Below are positions 48,243 to 57,339 of a stretch of 64,000 nucleotides of DNA, in pieces. The first letter of the stretch is position 1. Every line of letters starts with the position of its first letter. The position numbers and the translations under genes were made by a program. Source of the stretch: Polyangiales bacterium (GTDB taxonomy: Bacteria; Myxococcota_A; Polyangia; Polyangiales; Polyangiaceae). The notes beneath the pieces were generated by a model. It saw only the letters and a program-made list of their open reading frames with translations, was not told the DNA's origin and did not search any database. The DNA lies in assembly GCA_038230375.1 (NCBI GenBank), contig JBBRNJ010000052.1, positions 1 through 64,000 on the forward strand. The letters are read 5' to 3'.

Positions 48243-49531
48243 GCAGACCGCAGGCATGGCGACCGCCGTTCGCGGAGGCGTGGAAGCTCGCCCTCCGGCC
48301 CATCATCGTCTACCTCGTCTTCAACGTGACGGGCTTCGCCGCGTTCGTCATCACGATCGTGGCCTACGACAACGCGTCGGAGCTCGGGACCGCGATCGCT
48401 GCGTGCCTGGCGGGACTCGTCGGCGTCTTCCTGGGACAGCTCGTTGCGCTGCTCCGCATCCGCATGTGGCCCATCCTCATCGGCGCGACGCTCTGCGCGG
48501 TCCTTGGCGGCATGCTGGTCAGCAGCGTGGGGCCGAGCTTTCCCGAGGCGATCGGCATCCCGATGTTCTTCTTCGTGATGGCGTTCCCGTGCGGTCTCCT
48601 CTCCCTGCAGCACCGCTTCGAGACCATGAGCCTCTTCTGGCCATCCGTCGGATGGATCGGCAGCGTGATGGTGATCCTGAACCGCGAAGACCGCGCGGCG
48701 CGATGGGAGGAGAACAAGCTCACCGCATGGCTGCCCTTGCCGCTGTTCTTCCTGTTCTGCTTCCTTTTGCTGATGCTGCTCTTCCTGATGTCGAAGCAGA
48801 CGCAGCGCGTCCGGCTGTGGGAGGCGCTCTCGGGTGCGCTGGAGCGCCGCGTGGAGACGCGCAAGGACGTCGTGCTCCCGAAACCCAGGACACGCAACGT
48901 CCTGCCGATGGTGGCGATCCTGATCTTGCTGTTTGCGTTCACCGCGGTGCTCGCGCCGTTCCTGTGGCGCACCGGCAAGGGCGATCGCGAGACGGACAAC
49001 AAGGGCGCGCATAGCAAGGAGCGCGGGAGCCAGTACGGCGACGATGACGGTCGCGGGAAGGGACCGAAGTTCGACGAGCAGGCGATCATGCAGATGCTGA
49101 AGGACATGGCGGAGAGCGCGAAGCACAACGCGCACTACCTGCTGCCGCTCCTCCTCTTGCTCGCGCTCTATCGACCCATGAAGCGCGCCTTCGTGGTCAC
49201 GCACCTGAAGACGCCCGTGTTCCCGCAGTCGCCCAGCGAGCGCATCGAGAACCTCTGGGAGTACGTTCGCATCGTGGCGGAGGACGCGGGCATCTCGCCT
49301 TCGAACTCGGACTCGGTGGAGGAGCTGCTCGACCGCGTCCGCAAGGAGCACGGTGTGCCGCCCTCCATGGCGGAGGCTGCGACCATCTATGCGCGCAGCC
49401 GCTACGGATATGCAATCTGGCCAGGCGATGGAGCAGCGATGCGAAGGGCAGCGCTCAAGGCAGCCGACTCACTCTCGCAACCGATGACTCCATCGCAGAA
49501 GCTCCGCGCGTGGTGGCGCCCACTTCGATAG
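48239..49531 (+). CDS. Polytopic membrane protein with DUF4129-like C-terminus
   Basis: About 8 TM segments; C-terminal G..PS.S.S.EE...AATIYARSRYG; ATGA-coupled. Confidence 0.7.
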   Translation: MSRPQAWRPPFAEAWKLALRPIIVYLVFNVTGFAAFVITIVAYDNASELGTAIAACLAGLVGVFLGQLVALLRIRMWPILIGATLCAVLGGMLVSSVGPSFPEAIGIPMFFFVMAFPCGLLSLQHRFETMSLFWPSVGWIGSVMVILNREDRAARWEENKLTAWLPLPLFFLFCFLLLMLLFLMSKQTQRVRLWEALSGALERRVETRKDVVLPKPRTRNVLPMVAILILLFAFTAVLAPFLWRTGKGDRETDNKGAHSKERGSQYGDDDGRGKGPKFDEQAIMQMLKDMAESAKHNAHYLLPLLLLLALYRPMKRAFVVTHLKTPVFPQSPSERIENLWEYVRIVAEDAGISPSNSDSVEELLDRVRKEHGVPPSMAEAATIYARSRYGYAIWPGDGAAMRRAALKAADSLSQPMTPSQKLRAWWRPLR

Positions 49532-49874
49532 GTCAGGTCGCGCGGCTGTTGCCGTTCGGCAGGGACAGCGGGATGAGAACGATCTCGCGTGACGAGCTCA
49601 CCTCTTGTGACGACGTCGGCGCGGAGGCTCGCATGCGGGAGTCACTGTCGCGGATACGGGCTTCGGCGGACTCGTAGCGGACGCGGGCGGAGCGACGGGG
49701 GGGCAGCATGTCCACCATTCTGCAGCCCCCATTCCATCCGACCGCGCCGCGGGACGGCGCCCCCGCCCGCGCAAACGGGCCATTTTTTCAGGGTTCCAGC
49801 GGTGGTGTTGCATTCGGGAGGCAGTGGAACCGAGCCCCCTGGGTGGATCGCGCGCCATATGCCATTCTTGGCCT

Positions 49875-52445
49875 ATGGCTTTGAAGAGAACGGTTCTGGG
49901 TGCGGTAGCGGCTTTGGTGCTGGCGGTGGTGGCATGCTCCTCGTCCAGCAGCGACGGCGGGTCCACCGACGAGGGCACGTGCACCGCAGCCCTGGACGAG
50001 CGCTTCGCCGATGGCGATCCGAACGGCCACGCTGACCCGTTCGGCGCGAAGGCCGCCAGTCAGGCGCGCGCGGGCGTCATCACGAGCGCCGCGCAGATCG
50101 TCCGCCCGAAGGACGCCCGAAACCGCGTGCAGGTCGGCGACATGATCATCGCGAACGACAAGATCGCCGCGTACATCGGCGGCGCCCGCAAGACGGACGG
50201 CTACGTGCCGTACGGCGGCAAGGTGATCTCGATCGACGTCGTGGGCAACGACGGCAAGCCCCTGGGCGTTTCCGAGTACGGCGAGACGCTCTTCGCATTC
50301 GCACGAGAGACCATCAGCCCCGACGCGGTGACCGTCATCAACGACGGCAAGGACGGCAAGGCAGCCGTGGTGCGCGCGCGCGGCGGCATGAAGGACATTC
50401 CGTTCCTGGATGCGTTCAGGGCGCTCTTTCCGAAGCAGTACGACTACCCGATCGCGATCGACTACGTGCTCGAGCCACACGCCGAGAAGCTGGATGTGAG
50501 GCTCAGCCTCATGAACACGTCCACGACGGACGTGGAGACCTTCCTGGGCATGCAGATGATGGGCATGTTCCACTCCTACCGCGCGAAGCTGTTCACCCCG
50601 GGCGCCGGCTTCGGTAGCCCGAAGGGCAGCCCGGAGTGGGTCGGCTTCGACGGCGGCACCGGCAGTGTGATCATCCGCGCGAAGAACACGAAGATGAAGT
50701 TCGGCGTCAACATCTCCGGCTTCCAGTACTTCATCCTGGACAATGGGATCTCGCTCGACACATGCGCGCAGCAGACGATCGACTATGCGGAGATCATCCC
50801 CGCTGCGGGCGGGATCGACAACGCCCGCGCCACGCTCGCCCGCATCGACGGCGACAACAGCCTGCGCGTACTCACGGGCACGCTGAAGGAGGAAGACGGC
50901 ACGCCCATCGCTGGAGGGTTCGTTCACGCGCTCGCGGCGGACGGCTCGTACGTGACGCGCGGGGAGACCGACAAGAACGGCGCCTTCAGCATGCATGTGC
51001 CCGCCGCAGCGCTCACGCTCCAGGCCACGGGCAGCGGCTACGCGGTGTCGAAGGCCGTCGCTGTGTCGGCCGGCGCAACGACCGCCGCTCTCACCCAGCC
51101 CACGCATGGCAACATCCACGTGGCGGCCACGGACGCCGCGAACATGACGGGCATCCCGGTGCGCGTGCAGGTGTTGCCGCAGCCAGCGTACGCGGCCGCT
51201 CCCGATTCGTTCGGCGTGGACCAGGAGGAGAACGGGCGCCTCTATCAGGCGTTCGCGATGAACGGCGACATCACGCTCCCCGCGCCGCCCGGTCAGCACC
51301 GCGTGGTGGTGACGCGCGGCTACGAGTGGGAGCTCTCGGACAAGATGGCGCAGGTGGAGAGCGCCATGACGGCGGAGTTGCCGGCGAGCCTCGTGCACTC
51401 CGTGGACTCGAGCGGCGTGATGTGCGCCGACTTCCACATTCACTCGTACTACTCCGTGGACGCCGGCGACACGACCCTCGACAAGGTGAAGAGCGCGGTC
51501 GCGGACGGGCTGGAAATTCCGGTCTCCAGCGAGCACGAGTGGATCGTGGACTTCCAGCCGCTCATCGAACAGCTGGGCGTTTCCAGGTTCGCGTTCGGCT
51601 TCCCGTCGGAGGAGCTCACCACGTTCACGTTCGGTCACTTTGGCGTGATCCCCAAGCTGCCCGACGCGACCAAGGTGAACATGGGCGCCATCGAATGGGT
51701 GGGCAAGACGCCGCAGCAGATCTTCGACGAGACGAACGCGCTCCCCGAGAAGCCGGTGCTGATCATCAACCACCCGATCGGCACGTCGTTCATGGGGTAC
51801 TTCACGGCGTCGCAGTTCGACAACGCGTCCGCCACGGGCAAGGACCCGAAGCTGTGGAGCGATCACTTCGAGGCCATCGAGGTCTGGAACGACTCCGACT
51901 TCGACTCGAACAAGTCGGACTCCGTCGCGTCGTGGTTCTCGCTGCTCTCCGCGGGCAAGAATGCGTGGGGCATTGGTAACTCCGACAGCCACCACATTCG
52001 CTCGAACCCCGTGGGGTATCCGCGCAACTGCATCCAGTTCGGCCACGACGATCCCACGAAGCTCTCTGCGAACGGCGTGCGCGATGGCGTCCGCAATGGC
52101 GCGTTCAACGTGAGCGGCGGCCTCTACATCTCGGCGCAGGGCCCCGACGGCAAGGGCCCCGGACAGAAGAGCGCAGCGGGCGCGTTCAAGGTGCGCGTGC
52201 AGAGCCCGAGCTGGCTTTCTGCAACCACCCTCGAGGTGTACGTCGACGGCAAGCTCACGCAGACGCTGCCGCTCACGTCCACGGGCGCGGGCCCGGGTCA
52301 CGTCTACGACGCCACGCCCATGGTCGCGGCAGGCGCAGGCGCCGGGAAACACTACGTCGTGTTCCACGCGAAAGGCACGACGGATCTCGCCCCGCTCCAC
52401 CCCGGTCGCAAGCCGTTCGCAGTGACGAATCCAATCTTCCTGTGA
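49875..52445 (+). CDS. Lipoprotein PHP-type metallohydrolase (CehA/McbA-like)
   Basis: Lipobox VAC; ADFHIHS, SEH, EELT..GHF, NHP and NSDSH metal-ligand motifs. Confidence 0.8.
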   Translation: MALKRTVLGAVAALVLAVVACSSSSSDGGSTDEGTCTAALDERFADGDPNGHADPFGAKAASQARAGVITSAAQIVRPKDARNRVQVGDMIIANDKIAAYIGGARKTDGYVPYGGKVISIDVVGNDGKPLGVSEYGETLFAFARETISPDAVTVINDGKDGKAAVVRARGGMKDIPFLDAFRALFPKQYDYPIAIDYVLEPHAEKLDVRLSLMNTSTTDVETFLGMQMMGMFHSYRAKLFTPGAGFGSPKGSPEWVGFDGGTGSVIIRAKNTKMKFGVNISGFQYFILDNGISLDTCAQQTIDYAEIIPAAGGIDNARATLARIDGDNSLRVLTGTLKEEDGTPIAGGFVHALAADGSYVTRGETDKNGAFSMHVPAAALTLQATGSGYAVSKAVAVSAGATTAALTQPTHGNIHVAATDAANMTGIPVRVQVLPQPAYAAAPDSFGVDQEENGRLYQAFAMNGDITLPAPPGQHRVVVTRGYEWELSDKMAQVESAMTAELPASLVHSVDSSGVMCADFHIHSYYSVDAGDTTLDKVKSAVADGLEIPVSSEHEWIVDFQPLIEQLGVSRFAFGFPSEELTTFTFGHFGVIPKLPDATKVNMGAIEWVGKTPQQIFDETNALPEKPVLIINHPIGTSFMGYFTASQFDNASATGKDPKLWSDHFEAIEVWNDSDFDSNKSDSVASWFSLLSAGKNAWGIGNSDSHHIRSNPVGYPRNCIQFGHDDPTKLSANGVRDGVRNGAFNVSGGLYISAQGPDGKGPGQKSAAGAFKVRVQSPSWLSATTLEVYVDGKLTQTLPLTSTGAGPGHVYDATPMVAAGAGAGKHYVVFHAKGTTDLAPLHPGRKPFAVTNPIFL

Positions 52446-52945
52446 GCCACCGCTACCTCCTCACGCTCGTGGGGCTGCCCGTGTCGGCGGTCTTCTGGAC
52501 GTGCACGCCCTTCCACGGAACCGACCTCAGCGAAGACTCCGGTGCCATCAGCACGAACGGCCCGGACAGCGGAATTTACACCGTTCCGGTAGACGGAGGG
52601 CCCGCCGCTTCGTGCGCTCTCCCGGGCACCACCGGCAACGCCGCCATCATCGCGAGCCCAACGAAGGCGCGGGTGAATGAGACCATCAAAGTCCAGGTGA
52701 CGCTGCTGGTTGGTTCGAACCAGTTGCTGTCGGATGGCTCGCTCAGGCTGTGCGGCCCGCAGGGTCTCATTGGACCGCTCAAGGGGTCCGAGACCGTCAC
52801 TGCCGGCGGCGGCAACACGCCCAGTCAATACGTCTGGGAGTACGTCGTGCAAGGGGGCGTGCCGACTGCCGGAGTGACGCAGATCGTCTTCGCCAAACCC
52901 GGCGAGCCCTTCTTCGGAACCACACTGATCACGATCACCCCGTAG
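52442..52945 (+). CDS. Hypothetical lipoprotein
   Basis: GTGA-coupled; signal ending WTC; Ig-like beta-rich domain. Confidence 0.65.
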   Translation: MSHRYLLTLVGLPVSAVFWTCTPFHGTDLSEDSGAISTNGPDSGIYTVPVDGGPAASCALPGTTGNAAIIASPTKARVNETIKVQVTLLVGSNQLLSDGSLRLCGPQGLIGPLKGSETVTAGGGNTPSQYVWEYVVQGGVPTAGVTQIVFAKPGEPFFGTTLITITP

Positions 52946-53020
52946 ATCACGGAGCGCGCGGCGCAGACGTCTCGCGCCGGAGCGTTTGCGAGGACTCGGG
53001 CGTCATGCGAGAATTCGGAC

Positions 53021-53863
53021 GTGTCGAGACAACGTGCCGTCATCATCGGGGGTCGCGCGATGACGCTCGCAGGGCTCACGCTGGGGCTGCTGGGTACGGT
53101 CCTCTCGTGTCAAAGCGATCCGCCGCCCAGGGCGCCCGTGATCGCGCAGGTGCCGATAGAGAGCGCGAGCGCCACGCCTCCGGAGCATCCACGCGAAGCT
53201 CCCACGGAGCCTGTCGAGCCGCAGCCTCACACCGTTGGCGACCCGGAGCTTCACACCGTCGCAGAGCCGCAGCTCCACACCGTTGTGGAGCCGCAGCCCG
53301 TTGGCACCCACGCAACGGCGGACGCCGGCGGGCGCGGCGTGGATCCAACCGCGTTGATCGCTGCGGCGCGCGCGCGCGCACCCAAGGGAAGCAAGCTCAC
53401 GTACCTGCGCGCGCATTTCGTTGGAGCCAACGGCCTCGTGGATCTCACGGCGCGATCGTACAAAGCCTCGATCGTCTACGCGTTCAGCCTGCCGCCCATT
53501 CCTGCGAAGCAGAAGCCAGGGGCCCCCGTTGGCGTCGTCACCCCTGCGCAGTACTTCCCCGACACGATCGTGCGCTTCGAGGGGGCGGACGTGACCGTGA
53601 CGACTGACACCATTCCGCTCAGCATGCACGCCAAGGCCGACTCCGAGCCGCGTTGCTCGCTTGCGCAGGTGTGGGCCGGCGCGCGCGCAGCCGGAGCGCC
53701 GGCGAACGCCGTGGCAGAGGTCTCGTTCCCCGCGGGAATGTCCAGGGAGCGCCAATGGAACTTCCACATCGCAGGGACGGGCGCGAACGGGGCGCCGGTC
53801 TTCGCCGCAAACATCGACGACGCGACGTGCCGGCAGACGCTCGATCCCACTGACGCCTTGTGA
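53021..53863 (+). CDS. Hypothetical lipoprotein with 8-aa repeats
   Basis: Lipobox LSC; EPQPHTVG/DPELHTVA/EPQLHTVV repeats. Start may be ATG 53060. Confidence 0.65.
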   Translation: MSRQRAVIIGGRAMTLAGLTLGLLGTVLSCQSDPPPRAPVIAQVPIESASATPPEHPREAPTEPVEPQPHTVGDPELHTVAEPQLHTVVEPQPVGTHATADAGGRGVDPTALIAAARARAPKGSKLTYLRAHFVGANGLVDLTARSYKASIVYAFSLPPIPAKQKPGAPVGVVTPAQYFPDTIVRFEGADVTVTTDTIPLSMHAKADSEPRCSLAQVWAGARAAGAPANAVAEVSFPAGMSRERQWNFHIAGTGANGAPVFAANIDDATCRQTLDPTDAL

Positions 53864-53905
53864 AGTCGCCTTGGGCTCGCGTGCGCAGCAGATTCACGCG
53901 GCGAG

Positions 53906-54442
53906 CTACAAATCCAGGGAGGTGTCGATCTTCGGCACCTCGATCTTCACATCGAGATCGCTGAAGTCGTCATCGCGCTTCGCCGCGCGGACCGCAACCT
54001 TGGCGACGGGCGCGGGCGCGGGCTCGACGATCGGTGCGGGCTCCACGGCCACCGTGGTCTCTTGCGGCGGCGAGGCCTGCGCTACGGGCGCCTCTGGCAG
54101 TGGAGCGGGCTCTGTCTGCTGCGCGAGCTGTGGCGCGTTCGGAGGTGGGCGAAGCGCTGACGCATCTGCAGGACGAAGCGCGCCCTTCGCGAACGCGGCC
54201 ATCGCGACCACGCCCACGCCGGAGACCACGCGCGTGACGAGCCTCCGATAACGGCGCCTTCGCATCACGACCTCGGGCGAGCTCCTTCTCGCAAACTCCG
54301 TGTCCTCCTCCTCGAGCTCCAGCTCGATCTTCTCGACGACGGGGGTCGGCCTGTCGCCCACGGCGAAGAACCCTTCGGAGGTAGAATCGAGCGCGAACGG
54401 ATCGGGCTCCGTGCTCAAGCGGGGACGCGTGCGGGTTGCCAT
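53906..54442 (-). CDS. Hypothetical single-pass membrane protein
   Basis: Acidic N-terminus, RRRRYRR then TM, Pro/Ala-rich C-terminus. Confidence 0.6.
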   Translation of the reverse strand: MATRTRPRLSTEPDPFALDSTSEGFFAVGDRPTPVVEKIELELEEEDTEFARRSSPEVVMRRRRYRRLVTRVVSGVGVVAMAAFAKGALRPADASALRPPPNAPQLAQQTEPAPLPEAPVAQASPPQETTVAVEPAPIVEPAPAPVAKVAVRAAKRDDDFSDLDVKIEVPKIDTSLDL

Positions 54443-54453
54443 GACCCCCAGTG

Positions 54454-54469
54454 AGCAAGGCGCGTGCTC
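54454..54469 (-). promoter_or_regulatory. Candidate sigma54 promoter
   Basis: GAGCACG-CGCC-TTGCT; implied +1 near 54443, adjacent to ATG 54442. Confidence 0.5.
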
Positions 54470-54560
54470 AGCAAATCACCCGAGAAAACAAGCCAATCCC
54501 GGGTCGTCTTCCAGGCAATCCGCCCTGCACCCACGACCCAATCCCTGCCCTTTGCCGGAT

Positions 54561-54662
54561 CGACCTCGACCTCGACCTCGACCTCGACCTCGACCTCGAC
54601 CTCGACTTCGACTTCGACCTCGACCTCGACTTCGACCTCGACCTCGACCTCGACCTCGACCT
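54561..54662 (+). repeat. (CGACYT)17 hexamer array
   Basis: Read directly; begins 4 nt beyond the carboxyltransferase stop. Confidence 0.97.
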
Positions 54663-54666
54663 CTCC

Positions 54667-56199
54667 CTACACCGGCGGGACCATGTGCTTGCGGCGCGGG
54701 CGCGGCTCCACCTTGTTCTCGAAGCGCGCGAACCTGGCGGCGATCTCCGTACGCAGGCGCTCACCCGGCACCACGGCGTCGATCACGAGCTCGCTCGCGA
54801 GCTTCATCAGGTCGATGTCGGCCTTGTACTCCTCACGCAGCTTCGCCACGAAGGCGTCGCGCTCGGGGCCGGCAGGGACCTCCTGGATCTTGTTGTAGTA
54901 TACAGCATTCACGGCTGCCTGCGGTCCCATGACCGCGATGCTGGCGGACGGAAGCGCGATGCATGCGTCCGGCTCGAACGCCGGTCCGCACATGGCGTAG
55001 AGCCCCGCGCCGTACGCTTTTCGCACGACCACGGACAGCTTGGGCACCGTGGCCTCGCTCACGGCGGCGATCATCTTGGCGCCTGCGCGGATGATGCCTT
55101 GCCGCTCCACCTTGGTGCCGATCATGAAGCCTGGCACGTCTGCCAGGTACAGCAGCGGAATGTTGAACGCATCGCACAGCCAGATGAAGCGCGCAGCCTT
55201 GTCCGCGGAGTCCACGAACAGCACGCCGCCCAGCCACTTCGGCTGGTTCGCCACGATGCCAACCACGCGCCCGTCGATCCGCGCGAGCCCCGTCAGCATC
55301 TCGCGCGCGAACAGCTGCTTCACCTCGCACCACGAGCCCTCGTCGATGAGCTCGTTCACGATATGCATCATGTCGAAGAACTTGTTCTCGTCCGCGGGGA
55401 TGATCTCGGAGAACTTCTTCCCGCTGCTCTTGTGCGCCACGGGGGTGGCCATGGGCGGCTTCAGATCGCAGCTCGCCGGCATGTACTCGAAGTAGCGGCG
55501 CGCCCAGGCGATGGCCTCCTCCTCTGTCTTCACCAGCACGTCACCGCAGCCGGACACGGAGCAGTGCATCTTGGCGCCGCCCATCTCTTCGAGCGACACC
55601 TTCTCGCCGATGACCATCTCCGCCATGCGGGGCGAGCCCAGGTACATGCTGGCATTGCCTTCGACCATGACGACCACGTCGCAGAACGCGGGAATGTACG
55701 CGCCACCTGCAGCGCTTGGTCCGAAGAGCAGACACACCTGCGGCTGAACGCCGCTCATCTGCACCTGGTTGTAGAAGATGCGACCCGCGCCGCGCCGGCC
55801 GGGGAACATCTCGATCTGGTCGGTGATGCGCGCGCCCGCGGAGTCCACCAGGTAGAAGAGCGGCGCGCGGAGCTTCTGCGCGGTCTCCTGGATGCGGAGG
55901 ATCTTCTCGACGGTGCGGCGGCCCCACGAGCCCGCCTTCACGGTGGAGTCATTCGCCATCACGCACACGACACGCCCGCCGATCTTGCCGGTGCCGATGA
56001 CCACGCCGTCCGCGGGCAGCTCCTTGTCCAGGTTGTTGGCGAGCTCCGCGTCCTCGACGAACGTGCCCGGGTCGAACAGCTTCGCGATGCGCTCGCGTGC
56101 GAAGAGCTTCCCGGTCTCCGCGTTCTTGGTGTGGTACTTCGGCGCGCCGCCCTGTTCGACACGGGCCAACGTTTCCTTGAGCTTGTCGTCGAGAGACAT
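54667..56199 (-). CDS. Acyl-CoA carboxylase carboxyltransferase subunit (MccB/YngE-like)
   Basis: GKLFARERI, ANDSTVKAGSW, VDSAGARI, AAGGAY, DVPGFMIG and RKAYGAG motifs. Confidence 0.92.
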   Translation of the reverse strand: MSLDDKLKETLARVEQGGAPKYHTKNAETGKLFARERIAKLFDPGTFVEDAELANNLDKELPADGVVIGTGKIGGRVVCVMANDSTVKAGSWGRRTVEKILRIQETAQKLRAPLFYLVDSAGARITDQIEMFPGRRGAGRIFYNQVQMSGVQPQVCLLFGPSAAGGAYIPAFCDVVVMVEGNASMYLGSPRMAEMVIGEKVSLEEMGGAKMHCSVSGCGDVLVKTEEEAIAWARRYFEYMPASCDLKPPMATPVAHKSSGKKFSEIIPADENKFFDMMHIVNELIDEGSWCEVKQLFAREMLTGLARIDGRVVGIVANQPKWLGGVLFVDSADKAARFIWLCDAFNIPLLYLADVPGFMIGTKVERQGIIRAGAKMIAAVSEATVPKLSVVVRKAYGAGLYAMCGPAFEPDACIALPSASIAVMGPQAAVNAVYYNKIQEVPAGPERDAFVAKLREEYKADIDLMKLASELVIDAVVPGERLRTEIAARFARFENKVEPRPRRKHMVPPV

Positions 56200-56352
56200 G
56201 GTCGTTGCGATTAGCACTACTTCGGGGTGCCGGTCTCTCAAGCTCGAATGGGCCGCGCCCCCATGACATGAAGGTCGCTCGTGTGGCGGAAAGAGCACAG
56301 GGGTTCGTGGACGCCCAACGCGTGAAGGCCCGTGATTTCGAGCGCGCGAAGG

Positions 56353-56368
56353 CGGCACGCATCCTGCT
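56353..56368 (+). promoter_or_regulatory. Candidate sigma54 promoter
   Basis: CGGCACG-CATC-CTGCT (GG-N10-GC); implied +1 near 56379, ATG at 56381. Confidence 0.5.
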
Positions 56369-56380
56369 GAAGTGGCGGTC

Positions 56381-57262
56381 ATGAGACGCTTATCCCTTCC
56401 TTCACTTATTCTGCTGACCCTCGGCACGGCGTGCACCATCACGAACAGCGGCGGGTCGGCCGGCTCCGGAACCACAGACACCGCGGACGCCGCCGACACC
56501 GCACACAGCGAGACCGTCGCCACGGGCTCGATGCACCCATCGCTGTCCGCCCAGGACTACGGTGACGGCTCCGGTGTCCACGTGTATGCCGCGTGGCTGG
56601 ACGACAAGGGCCGCTGGCTGCAGACCAGCGGTGGGGACGTTGCGCAGGCGGTCAATGACTCCCAGGCTCCGGAGGTGCTCTTCGTGGAGAGCGACGTTCC
56701 CGGAAAGGTGCATTATACAACCACATTCCCGAGCACCAGCGCCGTGCACAAGATCGGCATCGGGCTCACGCGGCCGGCCGGGAAGAGCTCCGCGCAAGGC
56801 TCCGTTGCGATCGTCGGTGCGCCGTTCGAGATCGTCACCACACTCCCGAAGACCATCCAGCAAGGAGACAAGGTGGCGATCGAGGTGAGCCCGCCGCCAG
56901 GCCCGGATACGGTGGGAGATGGCGACTCGTGGCAGCTCACCGCGAGCGGCGGGTGCATCCACGACTTCATTGCGTACTCGGTGAGCATCCCTGGCACGAG
57001 CGGCGGCACGAAGCTGCTGGACGCGAACGGTCGCTTCGTCTTCGATACGGCGATGCTCTCCAATGCGGGCTCCACGACGTGCGACATCACCATCATGGTG
57101 AGGCACGTCCACTACAGCCAGGTAGATCCCGCGTATGGCGACGCCCTGGCTGGGCGCGAGCTGCTCTATTCGGACGCGCCACTGAAGAACGGCGACGTGG
57201 ACTTGACCTACGTGGTGGAGGGGCTCCAGGCCCGCGCCGTGCACACGACCTTCCGGTTCTAG
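56381..57262 (+). CDS. Hypothetical lipoprotein
   Basis: Lipobox TAC; beta-rich mature region. Confidence 0.7.
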   Translation: MRRLSLPSLILLTLGTACTITNSGGSAGSGTTDTADAADTAHSETVATGSMHPSLSAQDYGDGSGVHVYAAWLDDKGRWLQTSGGDVAQAVNDSQAPEVLFVESDVPGKVHYTTTFPSTSAVHKIGIGLTRPAGKSSAQGSVAIVGAPFEIVTTLPKTIQQGDKVAIEVSPPPGPDTVGDGDSWQLTASGGCIHDFIAYSVSIPGTSGGTKLLDANGRFVFDTAMLSNAGSTTCDITIMVRHVHYSQVDPAYGDALAGRELLYSDAPLKNGDVDLTYVVEGLQARAVHTTFRF

Positions 57263-57339
57263 CGGGGCGAGACGGCGAGACGGCAGCGAAGCCGCGGTGG
57301 TCCGTGACATCCCGCCAGGCGCACGTATCCTTGAATGAC

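Noticed and set aside
54561..54662. Hexamer arrays as a CRISPR array
   Set aside because: The 6-bp units are contiguous with no unique spacers, and there are no cas genes in the window.
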